Assembly: GCA_963778655.1 (NCBI GenBank)
Contig: CAVZVA010000010.1
Location: 1,248,001 to 1,312,000 of the forward strand
Direction of reading: 5' to 3'
Source of the DNA: an uncultured delta proteobacterium
GTDB taxonomy: Bacteria > Myxococcota_A > Polyangia > Polyangiales > JAFGIB01
Length of the DNA stretch: 64,000 nucleotides
The notes below the pieces were generated by a model. That model made no database searches. It was given only the letters and a program-made list of their open reading frames with translations, and was not told where the DNA came from. Within the stretch, counting starts at the first letter, position 1, and each line of letters opens with the position of its first letter. Positions 9,184-18,703 of this stretch are shown here, piece by piece. The translations under genes and the position numbers were made by a program.

Positions 9184-11153
9184 GCGCGGCGCGGGCGCGC
9201 CTGCTGCAATCTGCGCTGCTGCTGCCGTGGCTGCTGTGCGCCTACCCGGCGCGTGCGCAGAACTTCCAGGACCCGAGCGAGCTGCGGCTGGAGGGCGCCG
9301 AGTCGACCCCCGAGGAGAGCGAAGCCTGGACCCTGATCGACGAGACCCGCTACGTGCGCGCGCGCGAGCTCGCCGAGCGCATCCTGCGCAAGCACCCGCG
9401 CTCGTACATGGCCCACCTGGTGCTCGGCTTCGCGCAGCACTACGGCGAGGACAACTTGCCGCGCGCGCTGTTTCACCTCGACCGCGCGCTCGACCTGTAC
9501 CAGAAGCGCTACGGCGACCACCCCGGCCCCGGTACACCCTGGCGCTGGCACGCGGCGCTGCTGCGCGAGCTGTCCGACGTCTACGGCGACATGGAGCAAC
9601 CGGCGCAGAAGCTGCATTACATCGCACGCTACAACGCGCTCTACGACCCCGACATGATCGCCGAGCGCGCCTGGCCGCTGATGAAGCTCGGCCGCTACCG
9701 GGAGGCGCGCCTGGCCGCGCAGCTCGGTCTGGCCACCGATCGGGTGGGTGAGCGCGTGATCGCGCTCAACGCGCTGTGCGCGATCGAGTTCGAGGCCGGC
9801 AACGACGGGCAGAGCTACGACGCGTGCCGGCGCGCGATCGACGACGGCTACAGCAGCGGCGGCGTGTCGGCGGTGGATCTGACCAACTTTGCCGAGGCCT
9901 CGCGTTCGCTGTTCAAGCTCGACGAGGCCGAACGCGTATCGCTCGAGGCGACCACCGCGCAGATCTCCTGGTACGGCAATCCCTGGATGGATCTGGCCGA
10001 GCTGTACGTGCGCCAGGGCCGCTTCGGCGAGGCGCTGTCGGCGCTCAAGCAGGTGCCCGAGTACCGCAGCAAGCGCCCGCCGCACGCGCGCGACGCCGAC
10101 CGCAACGAGATGCGCCGCGTGCTGGCGAGCTTCCTGCTCACGCTGTCGCTGCCCGAGCAGGCGTTCGAGATGACTGGCCGCGCGATCGCCGCGCCCGAGC
10201 GCCGCGCGCACAACAGCCGCGATCCGGCGCAGGACCGCAGCGTGCTGGCGCTGCTCGACCGCCGCGCGCGCCGGATGCAGGCCGAGCTCTTGCTCGAGCG
10301 CGCCGCGACCGAGCCGTTCTACCGCCGGCCGCTGGAATGGGCGCGCGCGCTGTACCTGCGGCTGCAGGCGCGCGAGTCGGGCGCGCTGGTGCAGCGCCTG
10401 CTCTCCGACGACCGGCGGCTGGTGGGCTCCTTCCGCATCGGTGCGGCGAGCGCCGCGATCATGCCGCCGTGGCTGGTCGGCGAGCTGGTGCAGGTGCTGG
10501 GGCCAGGCGTGGTGCGGGAGGCGGTGGGACGCGCGCGCAAGCGCGACCGCCGTACAGGCGCCGGCGCCTACTACGACGCGGTGGCGGCGGAGGTGGCCTG
10601 GGCTGCAGGCGAGCCGCGCAAGACCGTCAAGCTGGCCGACCGCGCGCTTGCCGGGCTCGGCCCGTCGGAGGTGCTGCTGCAGGCGCGCGTGCTGGCGCTT
10701 GCCGCCGACGCGTCGCGGCAGCAGGGCCAGATGCAGCGCGCGCGCGTGAGCTACGACGCCGCGTTCCAGCGCGACCCCGGGGTCTTCCGCCGGCTCGAGC
10801 TGCCGGTCGCGGTCGAGATCCGCAGCTCGGGCGGCGCGGTCGCGCAGGACGCCGCCGAGATGCTGGCGCGCTCGCCGCGCTTCGTGCAGGCCCGCGGCGG
10901 GCTGGTGCTGTCGCTGCGGCTTGCGGGTGCCTCGGCGCGGGCGTGCCTGTCGGGCGAGCAGGCGCAGGTGATCGCATGCGCCGAGATCGACACGACGCAC
11001 AAGCCCGCGGCGCTGAGCTCCGCCGCCTATGTCGCGCGCGAGGCGCAGCGCCAGCTGTTCGCGCCGCGGCTCGACCTCTCGCAGATGGACATCAATTCGC
11101 TCGACGGCCAGAACTTGACCAGCCGCGACGCGCTCAAGACGCTGTTCGAGTAG
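9180..11153 (+). CDS. Exported TPR-like helical repeat protein
   Basis: ATGA overlap with moxR; signal peptide ending ARA-Q; TPR-like WMDLAELYVRQGRFGEAL. Confidence 0.7.
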   Translation: MSAARARLLQSALLLPWLLCAYPARAQNFQDPSELRLEGAESTPEESEAWTLIDETRYVRARELAERILRKHPRSYMAHLVLGFAQHYGEDNLPRALFHLDRALDLYQKRYGDHPGPGTPWRWHAALLRELSDVYGDMEQPAQKLHYIARYNALYDPDMIAERAWPLMKLGRYREARLAAQLGLATDRVGERVIALNALCAIEFEAGNDGQSYDACRRAIDDGYSSGGVSAVDLTNFAEASRSLFKLDEAERVSLEATTAQISWYGNPWMDLAELYVRQGRFGEALSALKQVPEYRSKRPPHARDADRNEMRRVLASFLLTLSLPEQAFEMTGRAIAAPERRAHNSRDPAQDRSVLALLDRRARRMQAELLLERAATEPFYRRPLEWARALYLRLQARESGALVQRLLSDDRRLVGSFRIGAASAAIMPPWLVGELVQVLGPGVVREAVGRARKRDRRTGAGAYYDAVAAEVAWAAGEPRKTVKLADRALAGLGPSEVLLQARVLALAADASRQQGQMQRARVSYDAAFQRDPGVFRRLELPVAVEIRSSGGAVAQDAAEMLARSPRFVQARGGLVLSLRLAGASARACLSGEQAQVIACAEIDTTHKPAALSSAAYVAREAQRQLFAPRLDLSQMDINSLDGQNLTSRDALKTLFE

Positions 11154-11156
11154 CGC

Positions 11157-13073
11157 TCAGAACGGGTTGTCGGGGATCGCGGGTGGCTTCGGGGCCGGCG
11201 CCGCGACCGCCGGTGTCTGGGCGCCGTGCTGCGCGCTGGCCTCGGCGCTGGTGGGCAACCCGCTGCCCGCCGTGGGCTTGGCCGGCGCGGGCTTGGCCGG
11301 CGCGGGCTTGGCTGGAGTCGGCGCGGCGGCCTGCGCTTGCCGCAGCGGCTGCGCCGGAGCGGGCGCGACCGTCTCCGCGCTGTGCCGGGCGGGCTTGCTC
11401 GCGTGCGTGTGTTTGGGCGGCTCGGCCTTGGGCGGCTCGGGTGCCTTCTCCGCAACTTCGCGCGCGGGCGCGGCCGCACCCTGGTTTTCGGGCTGCTCGG
11501 CCTGCGGCTCGGGTGCGGCCGCCGCCTTACCCGCCGCCTCCGGCGCCTCGCTGGCGCCCTTGGGCAGCTCGAGAAACACGTCCATCGGCATGTCGCCGCG
11601 CACGGTCGCGACGGTGGCCGCCACCTGGTTGCCCGCGCTGCTCTGCGCCTCGAAGCGGTAGGCGCCCGGGCGCAGCTTGAGACTGCGGCTCTGCGTCGGC
11701 GACATCTCGCCCTTGGGCTCGCCGTTGACGACCAGCGTCGCGTGCTCGACGTCGGTGTGCACGTTGACCTCGACCGTTTCCGGCTCGGCCGGCCCCGGCT
11801 CGCCGGGCTGGCCGGCCGCGCTGGCCTGGGCCTGACCGGGCACCACCGGGTGCGCCTGCGCGTCGTCGGGCTGCGCTGGCTCGAGCGCGAACCACACCAC
11901 GCCCGCGATCACCAGCGCTACCAGCCCGCCCATGATCCACAGCAGGTTGGCGCGCGGGTCGCTCTCCTCGGGCGAGTGCGGCAGCAGCGACTCGTCGCGC
12001 TCCTGTTCGTCGAGCTCGTCCTGGTCCGCGTCTGCGGCGTCTTCCTCGCCGGCGTCCGAGCCGCGCAGGCTGTCGCCCGCGCCGGTGGTCTCGTCGTCGG
12101 CGAACGCGCTGGCTTCGCTTTCCGCCAGCGGCAGAGGGTATTGCACATAGCCGAAGCTGTCGGTCTCGGCCGGCTCGAGCAAGCCCTCGCCGTCGAAGTC
12201 GGCTACCACCACCGTAATGTTGTCGTGGCCGCCGGCGGTCTCCGCGTATTCGATCAACTTGGCACCGCACTCGGCTGGGTCCTTGAGCTGCTCCATGGTG
12301 GTGCGCAGCGTCTCCGCGGTGACCAACCCCGAGAGCCCGTCCGAGCACATCATCAAGCGGTCGCCGCGACGCAGCTCGACGAAGGTCAGGTCCACCTGCA
12401 CCGTCTCGCTGGTGCCCAGGGCCTGCAGGATGATGTTGGAGTGCTCGAACGCCTCGGCTTCATCCTCGGTGAGATGGCCGGCCTCGATCAGCTGGTTGAC
12501 CAGGGATTGGTCCTTGGTGAGCTGCTTGAGCTGTCCGCGCCGCAGCAGGTAGGCGCGGCTGTCGCCGACCTCCGCCAGGAACATCACCTTGTCGATCAAC
12601 ACCGCCACCGTGGCGGTCGTGCCCATGCCGCGGCGCGAGCGTTCCTTCTGGGCGGCGTCGAAGATGCGCCGCCCCGCCTCCTCGACCGCGCCCACCAGCC
12701 TGCGCGCCAGCGCGTCGCGATCCTTGGGCGCGCCGCCGCGCCGCATCGCCTCGACCAAGATGTCGACCGCCATCTGGCTCGCGACCTCGCCCGCGGCCGC
12801 CCCGCCCATGCCGTCGCAGACCGCGAAGATCAGGCCACGCTCGTCGATGTCGTCCTCGCACAGCTGATCGCGCGGGCGGATCTGTCCGCTGGCGAGGTTG
12901 GCGACCACGAAGTTGTCCTCGTTGTGGTCGCGCACCTGGCCCACTGCGGTGCGCCCGGCGCAGCGCACGACGATACGGCCGCCGTTGCCGCCCGCACCGT
13001 CCTCGTCCTGGTCGGGCCGCTCGGCTTCGGCCGCAGCGCTCAGCTCCTCGCCGTCGCGGGGGGCGTCCGTCAT
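11157..13073 (-). CDS. PP2C/Stp1-family Ser/Thr phosphatase with TM helix and PEGA-like exported domain
   Basis: RDHNED, VCDGMGGAAAGEVAS, GMGTT, VGDSRAY, CSDGL, GGHDNIT; TM LLWIMGGLVALVIAGVVWF. Confidence 0.92.
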   Translation of the reverse strand: MTDAPRDGEELSAAAEAERPDQDEDGAGGNGGRIVVRCAGRTAVGQVRDHNEDNFVVANLASGQIRPRDQLCEDDIDERGLIFAVCDGMGGAAAGEVASQMAVDILVEAMRRGGAPKDRDALARRLVGAVEEAGRRIFDAAQKERSRRGMGTTATVAVLIDKVMFLAEVGDSRAYLLRRGQLKQLTKDQSLVNQLIEAGHLTEDEAEAFEHSNIILQALGTSETVQVDLTFVELRRGDRLMMCSDGLSGLVTAETLRTTMEQLKDPAECGAKLIEYAETAGGHDNITVVVADFDGEGLLEPAETDSFGYVQYPLPLAESEASAFADDETTGAGDSLRGSDAGEEDAADADQDELDEQERDESLLPHSPEESDPRANLLWIMGGLVALVIAGVVWFALEPAQPDDAQAHPVVPGQAQASAAGQPGEPGPAEPETVEVNVHTDVEHATLVVNGEPKGEMSPTQSRSLKLRPGAYRFEAQSSAGNQVAATVATVRGDMPMDVFLELPKGASEAPEAAGKAAAAPEPQAEQPENQGAAAPAREVAEKAPEPPKAEPPKHTHASKPARHSAETVAPAPAQPLRQAQAAAPTPAKPAPAKPAPAKPTAGSGLPTSAEASAQHGAQTPAVAAPAPKPPAIPDNPF

Positions 13074-14191
13074 CAGGGGTTGCGTCCTCCCCGGCCGCCC
13101 GCCGTCAGATCGAACCGAAACAAGTGGCGGCCGAGTCGAAACTGATCCCCGTGCTGGAGCACGCGCTCGCCGCGCAGCCGGATTGCGGTGCCGTTGGACG
13201 AGCCCAGGTCGCGCAGCACGAAGCGCAAGCGCTCGCGGTCCATGGTGATGGCCGCGTGCCGGCGCGACAGGAACGGGTCCTCGGCATACACGACGTCCGC
13301 CTGCTCCCTTCCGAAGACTGTTTCGTCACGGTACAGGTAGTACACGTCGCGCTCCAGCCCCTCGGTGGTGTACTGGGAAACGCGTGCAAGCCGCGGCAGA
13401 TCGGGCGTGCCGAACACCATCACGCCCTGTTGCTTGGCAGGACCCACGCGTCGTTCGGCCTCGGGCAACACCTCGAATCGTAACACTTGCTGTCCGATTA
13501 AGAACATCTCCCCGTGGATGAGCTCGAAGGGCTCCCGCAGGCGGGCGTAGACCCCGTTGACGCTGGCCAGATCCCTTAGCACGAACGTATCACCCCTGCG
13601 TTCTATCCTGGCGTGGCGCGGTGAGAGGTAGGGGTCCTCGGGGAGGACAATGTCGCCTTCGCGACCACCCAAATCCGTCTGGGGTGCGTCGAGGGGGTAG
13701 ACTCCGCCTTCGCTACCGTCACGCTGGATGATCACCACCTGCGCGTGCAAGGCCTCTGTGGGCGCGACCGCGAAGTTGTTGGGGGCCGAGCCGGGCGGGC
13801 GGACGCCGGCGGCGGAGCCAAAGGGGGAGCCGCAGAACTTGCAGAAGCGAGCCGCTGGGTCGCCCTGGCCTCCGCAGCGGCTGCACAGCGGCCCCACGGC
13901 GCCCGGGCCAGGCGCGGGGTCGGTGGGGCCGGGCATCGCTGCCGTGGGCAGGGGTTGGGACGCTGCCGGCTGGGCCGACACCGCCGGCGCGGCGAGTCCC
14001 GCCAGGCTGGAGCCGCACGTGCGGCAGAACTGCAAGTTTTTGCTGTTCTCGGTGCCGCAGCGCTGGCAGCGGAGCCCCACCGGTGGGGCGGCGGCCGGCG
14101 GCGGGGCGGCCGGCGCGGCCAGCGGTGACCCGCACGCGTGGCAAAACGCGTTCTGGGGGGGGTTGTCGCGCTGGCACTGCGGGCAAAGCAT
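13073..14191 (-). CDS. Zinc-ribbon repeat protein with two FHA domains
   Basis: Three CxxC...FCxxCG ribbons; FHA motifs DPYLSPRHA...DLASVNG and FGR...DPFLSRRHA...DLGSSNGT. Confidence 0.88.
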   Translation of the reverse strand: MLCPQCQRDNPPQNAFCHACGSPLAAPAAPPPAAAPPVGLRCQRCGTENSKNLQFCRTCGSSLAGLAAPAVSAQPAASQPLPTAAMPGPTDPAPGPGAVGPLCSRCGGQGDPAARFCKFCGSPFGSAAGVRPPGSAPNNFAVAPTEALHAQVVIIQRDGSEGGVYPLDAPQTDLGGREGDIVLPEDPYLSPRHARIERRGDTFVLRDLASVNGVYARLREPFELIHGEMFLIGQQVLRFEVLPEAERRVGPAKQQGVMVFGTPDLPRLARVSQYTTEGLERDVYYLYRDETVFGREQADVVYAEDPFLSRRHAAITMDRERLRFVLRDLGSSNGTAIRLRGERVLQHGDQFRLGRHLFRFDLTAGGRGGRNP

Positions 14192-14392
14192 GTTGCCGCA
14201 AGTGGAACCGGCGGGCGGCTGCGCCGTCAAGATCGTGGCGTCACTTGCGCAGCAGCTGCGAAGTCTGGTTGCACGCGAGCGGCGGAACGTGCAGACAGCG
14301 TTCGTGAGCTCGGCGTCGAGCCGGGAGCTTGTTGACAAGCGGTCGACTTCGATAGTAGGCGCCAACTCACCGGAGCGGAGGCCTTACCGGTC

Positions 14393-14788
14393 ATGGAGAT
14401 ACTCCTCGACAAGCGTGCGGTTCGTCAGATTCGTCAGTCCGCGGCCGACGCCATCGAGGATGGCGATACCGAGACGCTGCGCGAAGACGTGATGGACGCG
14501 TTCAGCGAAGAGCAGATCGAAGAGATCGAGCGCCGGATCGACGGTGGCGATTTCTACGATTTCATTGGCGACTCGCTGGAAGAGTGGGACGGCGACGACG
14601 TGGACGAGCTGTTCGAGCTGCTCGAGTCGCACCTCACCGACGTGGGCGTCGAGCTCAAGTACGACGCCCCCGACCTCGAAGAAGAAGAGGAAGAGGAAGA
14701 GGAAGACGAGGACTTCAACGCCGAGGAGGACGACGACATGGGCGATCCCCTCGAGCTCGACGAAGATCCCGAAGAAGAGGGGGTCTAA
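14393..14788 (+). CDS. Highly acidic hypothetical protein
   Basis: GGAGG RBS, typical codon usage, 131 aa rich in D/E with poly-Glu tail. Confidence 0.8.
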   Translation: MEILLDKRAVRQIRQSAADAIEDGDTETLREDVMDAFSEEQIEEIERRIDGGDFYDFIGDSLEEWDGDDVDELFELLESHLTDVGVELKYDAPDLEEEEEEEEEDEDFNAEEDDDMGDPLELDEDPEEEGV

Positions 14789-14943
14789 GCCCCCCGGGCT
14801 TCTGCGCGTGCGCGAGTGCGCCGCGATCGCCCGTGCGCTGATTCCGGAGCAACAGGAAGACGGGAGGGCGCGAAGAGAAGAGCGGGTGCGTGCTTGCCAT
14901 CTTTCCGGCTTGCTGTCTTCTGCCTGATCTCGGCCGGACCGCG

Positions 14944-15993
14944 TCAGTAGTCGCCGGCCTGCGCGGTCTCGCGCAGGCGCTCGAGCGCGCCGCGGATGTC
15001 CTGCTCGGAGAGGTCGAGGTGGGTTACTGCGCGCAGCCGCTCGGGGGCGATCGCATTGAGCTTGACCCCGCGAACGCCGGCCCCCTGGGCGAAGCGCGCG
15101 GCGTCGCGGCCGGGCAGCTCGAAATTGACGATGTTGGTCTCGACTCGCTGCAGCGCGCAGCTCACGCCCGGCAGCGCGCCGAGCCCCTCGGCCAGCAGCC
15201 GCGCGTGCGCGTGATCCTCGCGCAAGCGCGCGCGGTTGTGCTCGAGCGCGTAGAGCGCCGCGGCAGCGAGCACGCCGGCCTGACGCATGCCGCCGCCCAG
15301 CATCTTGCGGAAGCGGTGCGCGCGCTGGACCAGCTCGCGGGGGCCCGCCAGCACCGAGCCCACGGGCGCGCCCAGCCCCTTGGAGAAGCACGCGCTCACC
15401 GTGTCGGCCGGCCCGGCCAGCTGCGCGGGCGAGAGCCCGGTCGCTGCCGCCGCGTTCCAGATGCGCGCGCCGTCGAGGTGCACGCGCAGCCCACGCGCGT
15501 GTGCCGCCTCTGCAATTGCCTGCACGTCGGCTTGCGGGAACACGCGCCCGCCCGCGCGGTTGTGCGTGTTCTCGAGCGCGACCAGGCGGCTGCGTGGGAA
15601 GTGGTACTCGGGCGGTCGAATAGCGGCCAGCATCTGCGCCGCGTCGTACAGCCCACCCTGGCCCACCAGCTGAAAGCTCACCCCGGCCCACGCCGAGCCG
15701 GCGCCGGACTCATACAGCATGCAGTGGTTGCCCTCGCCTGCGAGCACCTCGTCCCCGCGCTCGCAGTGGCACAGCAGCGCGATCTGGTTGGCCATGGTGC
15801 CGGTGGGCACGAACAGCGCGGCCGGCTTGCCCAGCAGCTCCGCCGCGCGCTCCTGCAAGCGGTTGACGGTCGGGTCCTCACCGTACACGTCGTCGCCCAC
15901 TTCCGCGCGCGCCATCGCCTCGCGCATGGCCGGGCTGGGTCGGGTCACGGTGTCGGACCGGAGGTCGATGAAGCTTGCGTCGAGGCTGGCCAC
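14944..15993 (-). CDS. ltaE: Low-specificity L-threonine aldolase
   Basis: [67 protein letters not shown] start estimated. Confidence 0.93.
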   Translation of the reverse strand: MASLDASFIDLRSDTVTRPSPAMREAMARAEVGDDVYGEDPTVNRLQERAAELLGKPAALFVPTGTMANQIALLCHCERGDEVLAGEGNHCMLYESGAGSAWAGVSFQLVGQGGLYDAAQMLAAIRPPEYHFPRSRLVALENTHNRAGGRVFPQADVQAIAEAAHARGLRVHLDGARIWNAAAATGLSPAQLAGPADTVSACFSKGLGAPVGSVLAGPRELVQRAHRFRKMLGGGMRQAGVLAAAALYALEHNRARLREDHAHARLLAEGLGALPGVSCALQRVETNIVNFELPGRDAARFAQGAGVRGVKLNAIAPERLRAVTHLDLSEQDIRGALERLRETAQAGDY

Positions 15994-16101
15994 GGCGGCG
16001 AATCCCTCCCGGCGCGGCCATGCACACAGGCGCGCCCAGACCGGCCCGGCGCCCGCTTTCGTGTCACGCTCGGCGTGCGGCCGGCCGCGCAGCCCCTGCG
16101 C

Positions 16102-16131
16102 TTGACACCCACGGGAAGCGTGGGCTACCCA
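16102..16131 (+). promoter_or_regulatory. Putative sigma70 promoter of tRNA-Thr
   Basis: Perfect TTGACA at 16102 with weak -10 (TACCCA) 18 nt later, 20 nt before the tRNA. Confidence 0.45.
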
Positions 16132-16150
16132 ACCGCACCGACCGCGCCAG

Positions 16151-16222
<72 letters not shown>

Positions 16223-16378
16223 CCCATTTCACCGGGGCAGCACGGCGGGCTTCGGCCGCCCGCCCAGCCGGCAGAGCCGGCTGGGACCCAGGCCGCGCGG
16301 AGTCGCTTCCCTCGCGCGGCGGAGCCGCCCTTCACCGTTCGAGGCGACTCCCGGAGCCCGCAGCGCCGCCGCAGACCA

Positions 16379-16564
16379 TCAGTCGTGGATGCGGCGGATG
16401 GCTTCGGCGAACAGCGGGGCGACCGAGACCACCTTCACGCGGGCCGAGAGCTGCACCGGCTGGGTCTCGACTGAGTCGGTGACGATCAGGCGATCGATCG
16501 GGCTCTGCTCGAGGCGCGCCATCGAGCCCGCGGCGAACGCGCCGTGCGAGACCGTCGCGACCAC
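16379..16564 (-). pseudogene. prs: C-terminal remnant of ribose-phosphate pyrophosphokinase
   Basis: VVATVSHGAFA...LEQSPIDRLIVTDSV...VSVAPLFAEAIRRIHD matches the last ~60 aa of PRPP synthetase; the rest is absent. Confidence 0.8.
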
Positions 16565-16628
16565 GCGGTGCGCTACCGCGTCACCGGGGACGGCGGCCTC
16601 GAGCGCGCACACAGCTGAGCGCGTCGCG

Positions 16629-17021
16629 TCAAGGCGTGTACGCCAGCACCCGCAGGTGTTGCCGCAGCGCGATCATGACGTCGGGCTTGTCCGCGAGGTC
16701 GGGGTTCGCGGGCATGTCCGCGCTCTTGCCCACGGACGCGCCGCCGTGGAGGATCACCTGCTCGAGGTGCTTGTCGCTGACCGCGAGCTGCCAGACCGGG
16801 TCGGCGAAGTTGCGCGGCGGGCGCTTGAGCGTGTGGGCGCGCGGGCCGTCGCCCTTGCCCAGCGGCCCGTGACAGGTCGCGCAACGCTTGCTGAAGATGT
16901 GCGCGGCTTCGGCCCGCGCCTCGCGGCTGGGCTCGGGCGGCGCGGGCGCGGGCCCGCAACCCCACAGCTGCACGGCCAGCAGCGCGGCGAGCAACCCCGA
17001 TGTGCCTAGGCTTGGCGTCAT
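16629..17021 (-). CDS. Monoheme c-type cytochrome lipoprotein
   Basis: Lipobox LWGC; CATCHG; GKGDGP; distal Met in DMPANP. Confidence 0.88.
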   Translation of the reverse strand: MTPSLGTSGLLAALLAVQLWGCGPAPAPPEPSREARAEAAHIFSKRCATCHGPLGKGDGPRAHTLKRPPRNFADPVWQLAVSDKHLEQVILHGGASVGKSADMPANPDLADKPDVMIALRQHLRVLAYTP

Positions 17022-17033
17022 GACCGCGAACCG

Positions 17034-17049
17034 AGCAAGCGGCGTGCCA
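17034..17049 (-). promoter_or_regulatory. Sigma54 (-24/-12) promoter of cytochrome c gene
   Basis: Minus strand TGGCACGCCGCTTGCT fits TGGCAC-N5-TTGCW. Confidence 0.75.
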
Positions 17050-17227
17050 GTCGGGCGCCCCGCAAGCGCCGCCACGTTCGCGGCACGTGCAGCCTATGGT
17101 CCGGGCCGCTCGGTCGTGCCGCGCGCGGAAAATCCTGCGTCGCGGCCCTGCAGGCGCGCAGGTTTTTCGTGCTACCGCGGGTCGGCTGCGCGCGAGCGCG
17201 GACCGTTTTGCGTTTGGCGAGCGACCT

Positions 17228-17527
17228 ATGAATGTGAGGGGCCAGACGCGAGAGGGCGGAGCCGAGACGGATCCGCCTGCGGGGCGTCCGACAGCGGACC
17301 CGCGGCCGACCGACGCGGTCCTGAGCCCCGACGGGGGCCTGAACGACATCCTGGCGCGGGTCAACGCCGCGCTGGGCCCGCTGGCCGGCGACGCGGGCAC
17401 GGCCGCGAGCGCGGTCGGCCCGCGCTTGGACTTCTTCCACGGCTGCGCGGGGCTGCTGCAGAGCGAGATCTACGTCAGCGACTGCAGTCGGCAGTTCGTG
17501 TGCGGACACGCGCCCGGACAGCTTTGA
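17228..17527 (+). CDS. Small hypothetical protein
   Basis: Coding-like codon usage in central part; no recognisable motif. Confidence 0.35.
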   Translation: MNVRGQTREGGAETDPPAGRPTADPRPTDAVLSPDGGLNDILARVNAALGPLAGDAGTAASAVGPRLDFFHGCAGLLQSEIYVSDCSRQFVCGHAPGQL

Positions 17528-17661
17528 TGCGCGCGTGGCGCTCCTCGGATCGAAGCACCCGCGGCGCTACGCGCGGCGCGCCGCCGTGGCGCCGCTCACC
17601 ATAGCCGCGCGCTTGCGCTGCGCCATCGCGGGCCGCGCGTGCTTTGCGCTATGGTGGGCGG

Positions 17662-18648
17662 GTGCGCCTTCGGGGCAACGCGTGGCTGGCCGGCGTCTTC
17701 GTCGTGGTTGCAGCCGCCGCCGGCAGGGCGCGCGCCGCCCAGCTGCAGCTGCGCGCGCCCGAGTCATGTCCGGCCGAGGCCAGCGTCAAGGCGCAGGTCG
17801 AGCAGCTGCTCGATCGCCCGCTCGATGAGGTCGAGGGCGTCGACTTCGAAGCCACCATCGAACGCGTCTCGGCGCAGGACTGGCGGCTCACCCTGCGCAC
17901 GCTGCCGCGCGACCCGGGCGCGAAGCCGCGTACGCGCGAGCTCTCGGGCGCGAGCTGCGAGGGTGTGACCAGCGCGCTCGCGGTGGCGCTGGCGATGTCG
18001 ATCAAGGGCGAAGACGAGCAGGCGGAGCAGACGCCGGCGGTGCCGATTCCCGCGCCCGCTCCGGCGCGTGAAGCCGCGCCCGCGTCGAACGCGCCCGCGC
18101 GGGGCGAGGCGGCGAGCGCCGCGGCCGCCGGCGCTCCCGCGCGCTGGCGCTTCTCGCTCGGCGCCGGCGCGCTGCTGGACGGCGGCGCGCTGCCGCAGCT
18201 GGCGCCCGGCGCGCAGCTCGAGCTCGGGGCGAGCCTGAGCGCGCTGCGGCTCGGAGCGCTCGGCGCGCTGTTTCCGAGCCAGACCACGCACCTGCCGGGC
18301 AGCGCGCGCGGCGGTAGCTTCGTGCTCGGGCTGGGCGCGCTGCAGGTCTGCGCGCAGCCCGCGCTCGGGCGCTTCTGGCCCCTGGCCTGCGCCGGCTTCG
18401 AGCTGGGGCAGCTCTCCGGGCGCGGTCGCGGCGTGCTCAACACCCAGCTCGGCGGCGCGCTGTGGGCCGCCGCGCGGCTCGAGACGGGGGCCGGCTTCGA
18501 GCTGTTCGCCGGGCTACGCCTGATCGCCCGGGTGGGGCTCGCGCTGCCGCTCGTGCGCAGCAAGTTCGTGCTGGACGGCAAGAACCAGGTCCACCAGCCC
18601 GCAGCCGTGAGCGGCCGCGCCCTGCTCGGGCTCGAGCTCGCATTATGA
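17662..18648 (+). CDS. Exported protein of myxobacterial ECF cassette (Cys pair N-domain, beta-barrel-like C-domain)
   Basis: Signal peptide; APESCP...RELSGASCE; Pro/Ala linker; alternating beta-strands ending GLELAL. Confidence 0.7.
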   Translation: MRLRGNAWLAGVFVVVAAAAGRARAAQLQLRAPESCPAEASVKAQVEQLLDRPLDEVEGVDFEATIERVSAQDWRLTLRTLPRDPGAKPRTRELSGASCEGVTSALAVALAMSIKGEDEQAEQTPAVPIPAPAPAREAAPASNAPARGEAASAAAAGAPARWRFSLGAGALLDGGALPQLAPGAQLELGASLSALRLGALGALFPSQTTHLPGSARGGSFVLGLGALQVCAQPALGRFWPLACAGFELGQLSGRGRGVLNTQLGGALWAAARLETGAGFELFAGLRLIARVGLALPLVRSKFVLDGKNQVHQPAAVSGRALLGLELAL

Positions 18649-18661
18649 CCCAACGATGACC

Positions 18662-18687
18662 CAACGGATCGCGCTGCTGCCGGACAC
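18662..18687 (+). promoter_or_regulatory. Putative ECF promoter copy 1 (autoregulatory)
   Basis: CAACGGATCGC-N6-GCCGGACAC; identical blocks and spacing at 20056. Confidence 0.6.
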
Positions 18688-18703
18688 TCATGCAGGGTTC
18701 CGT

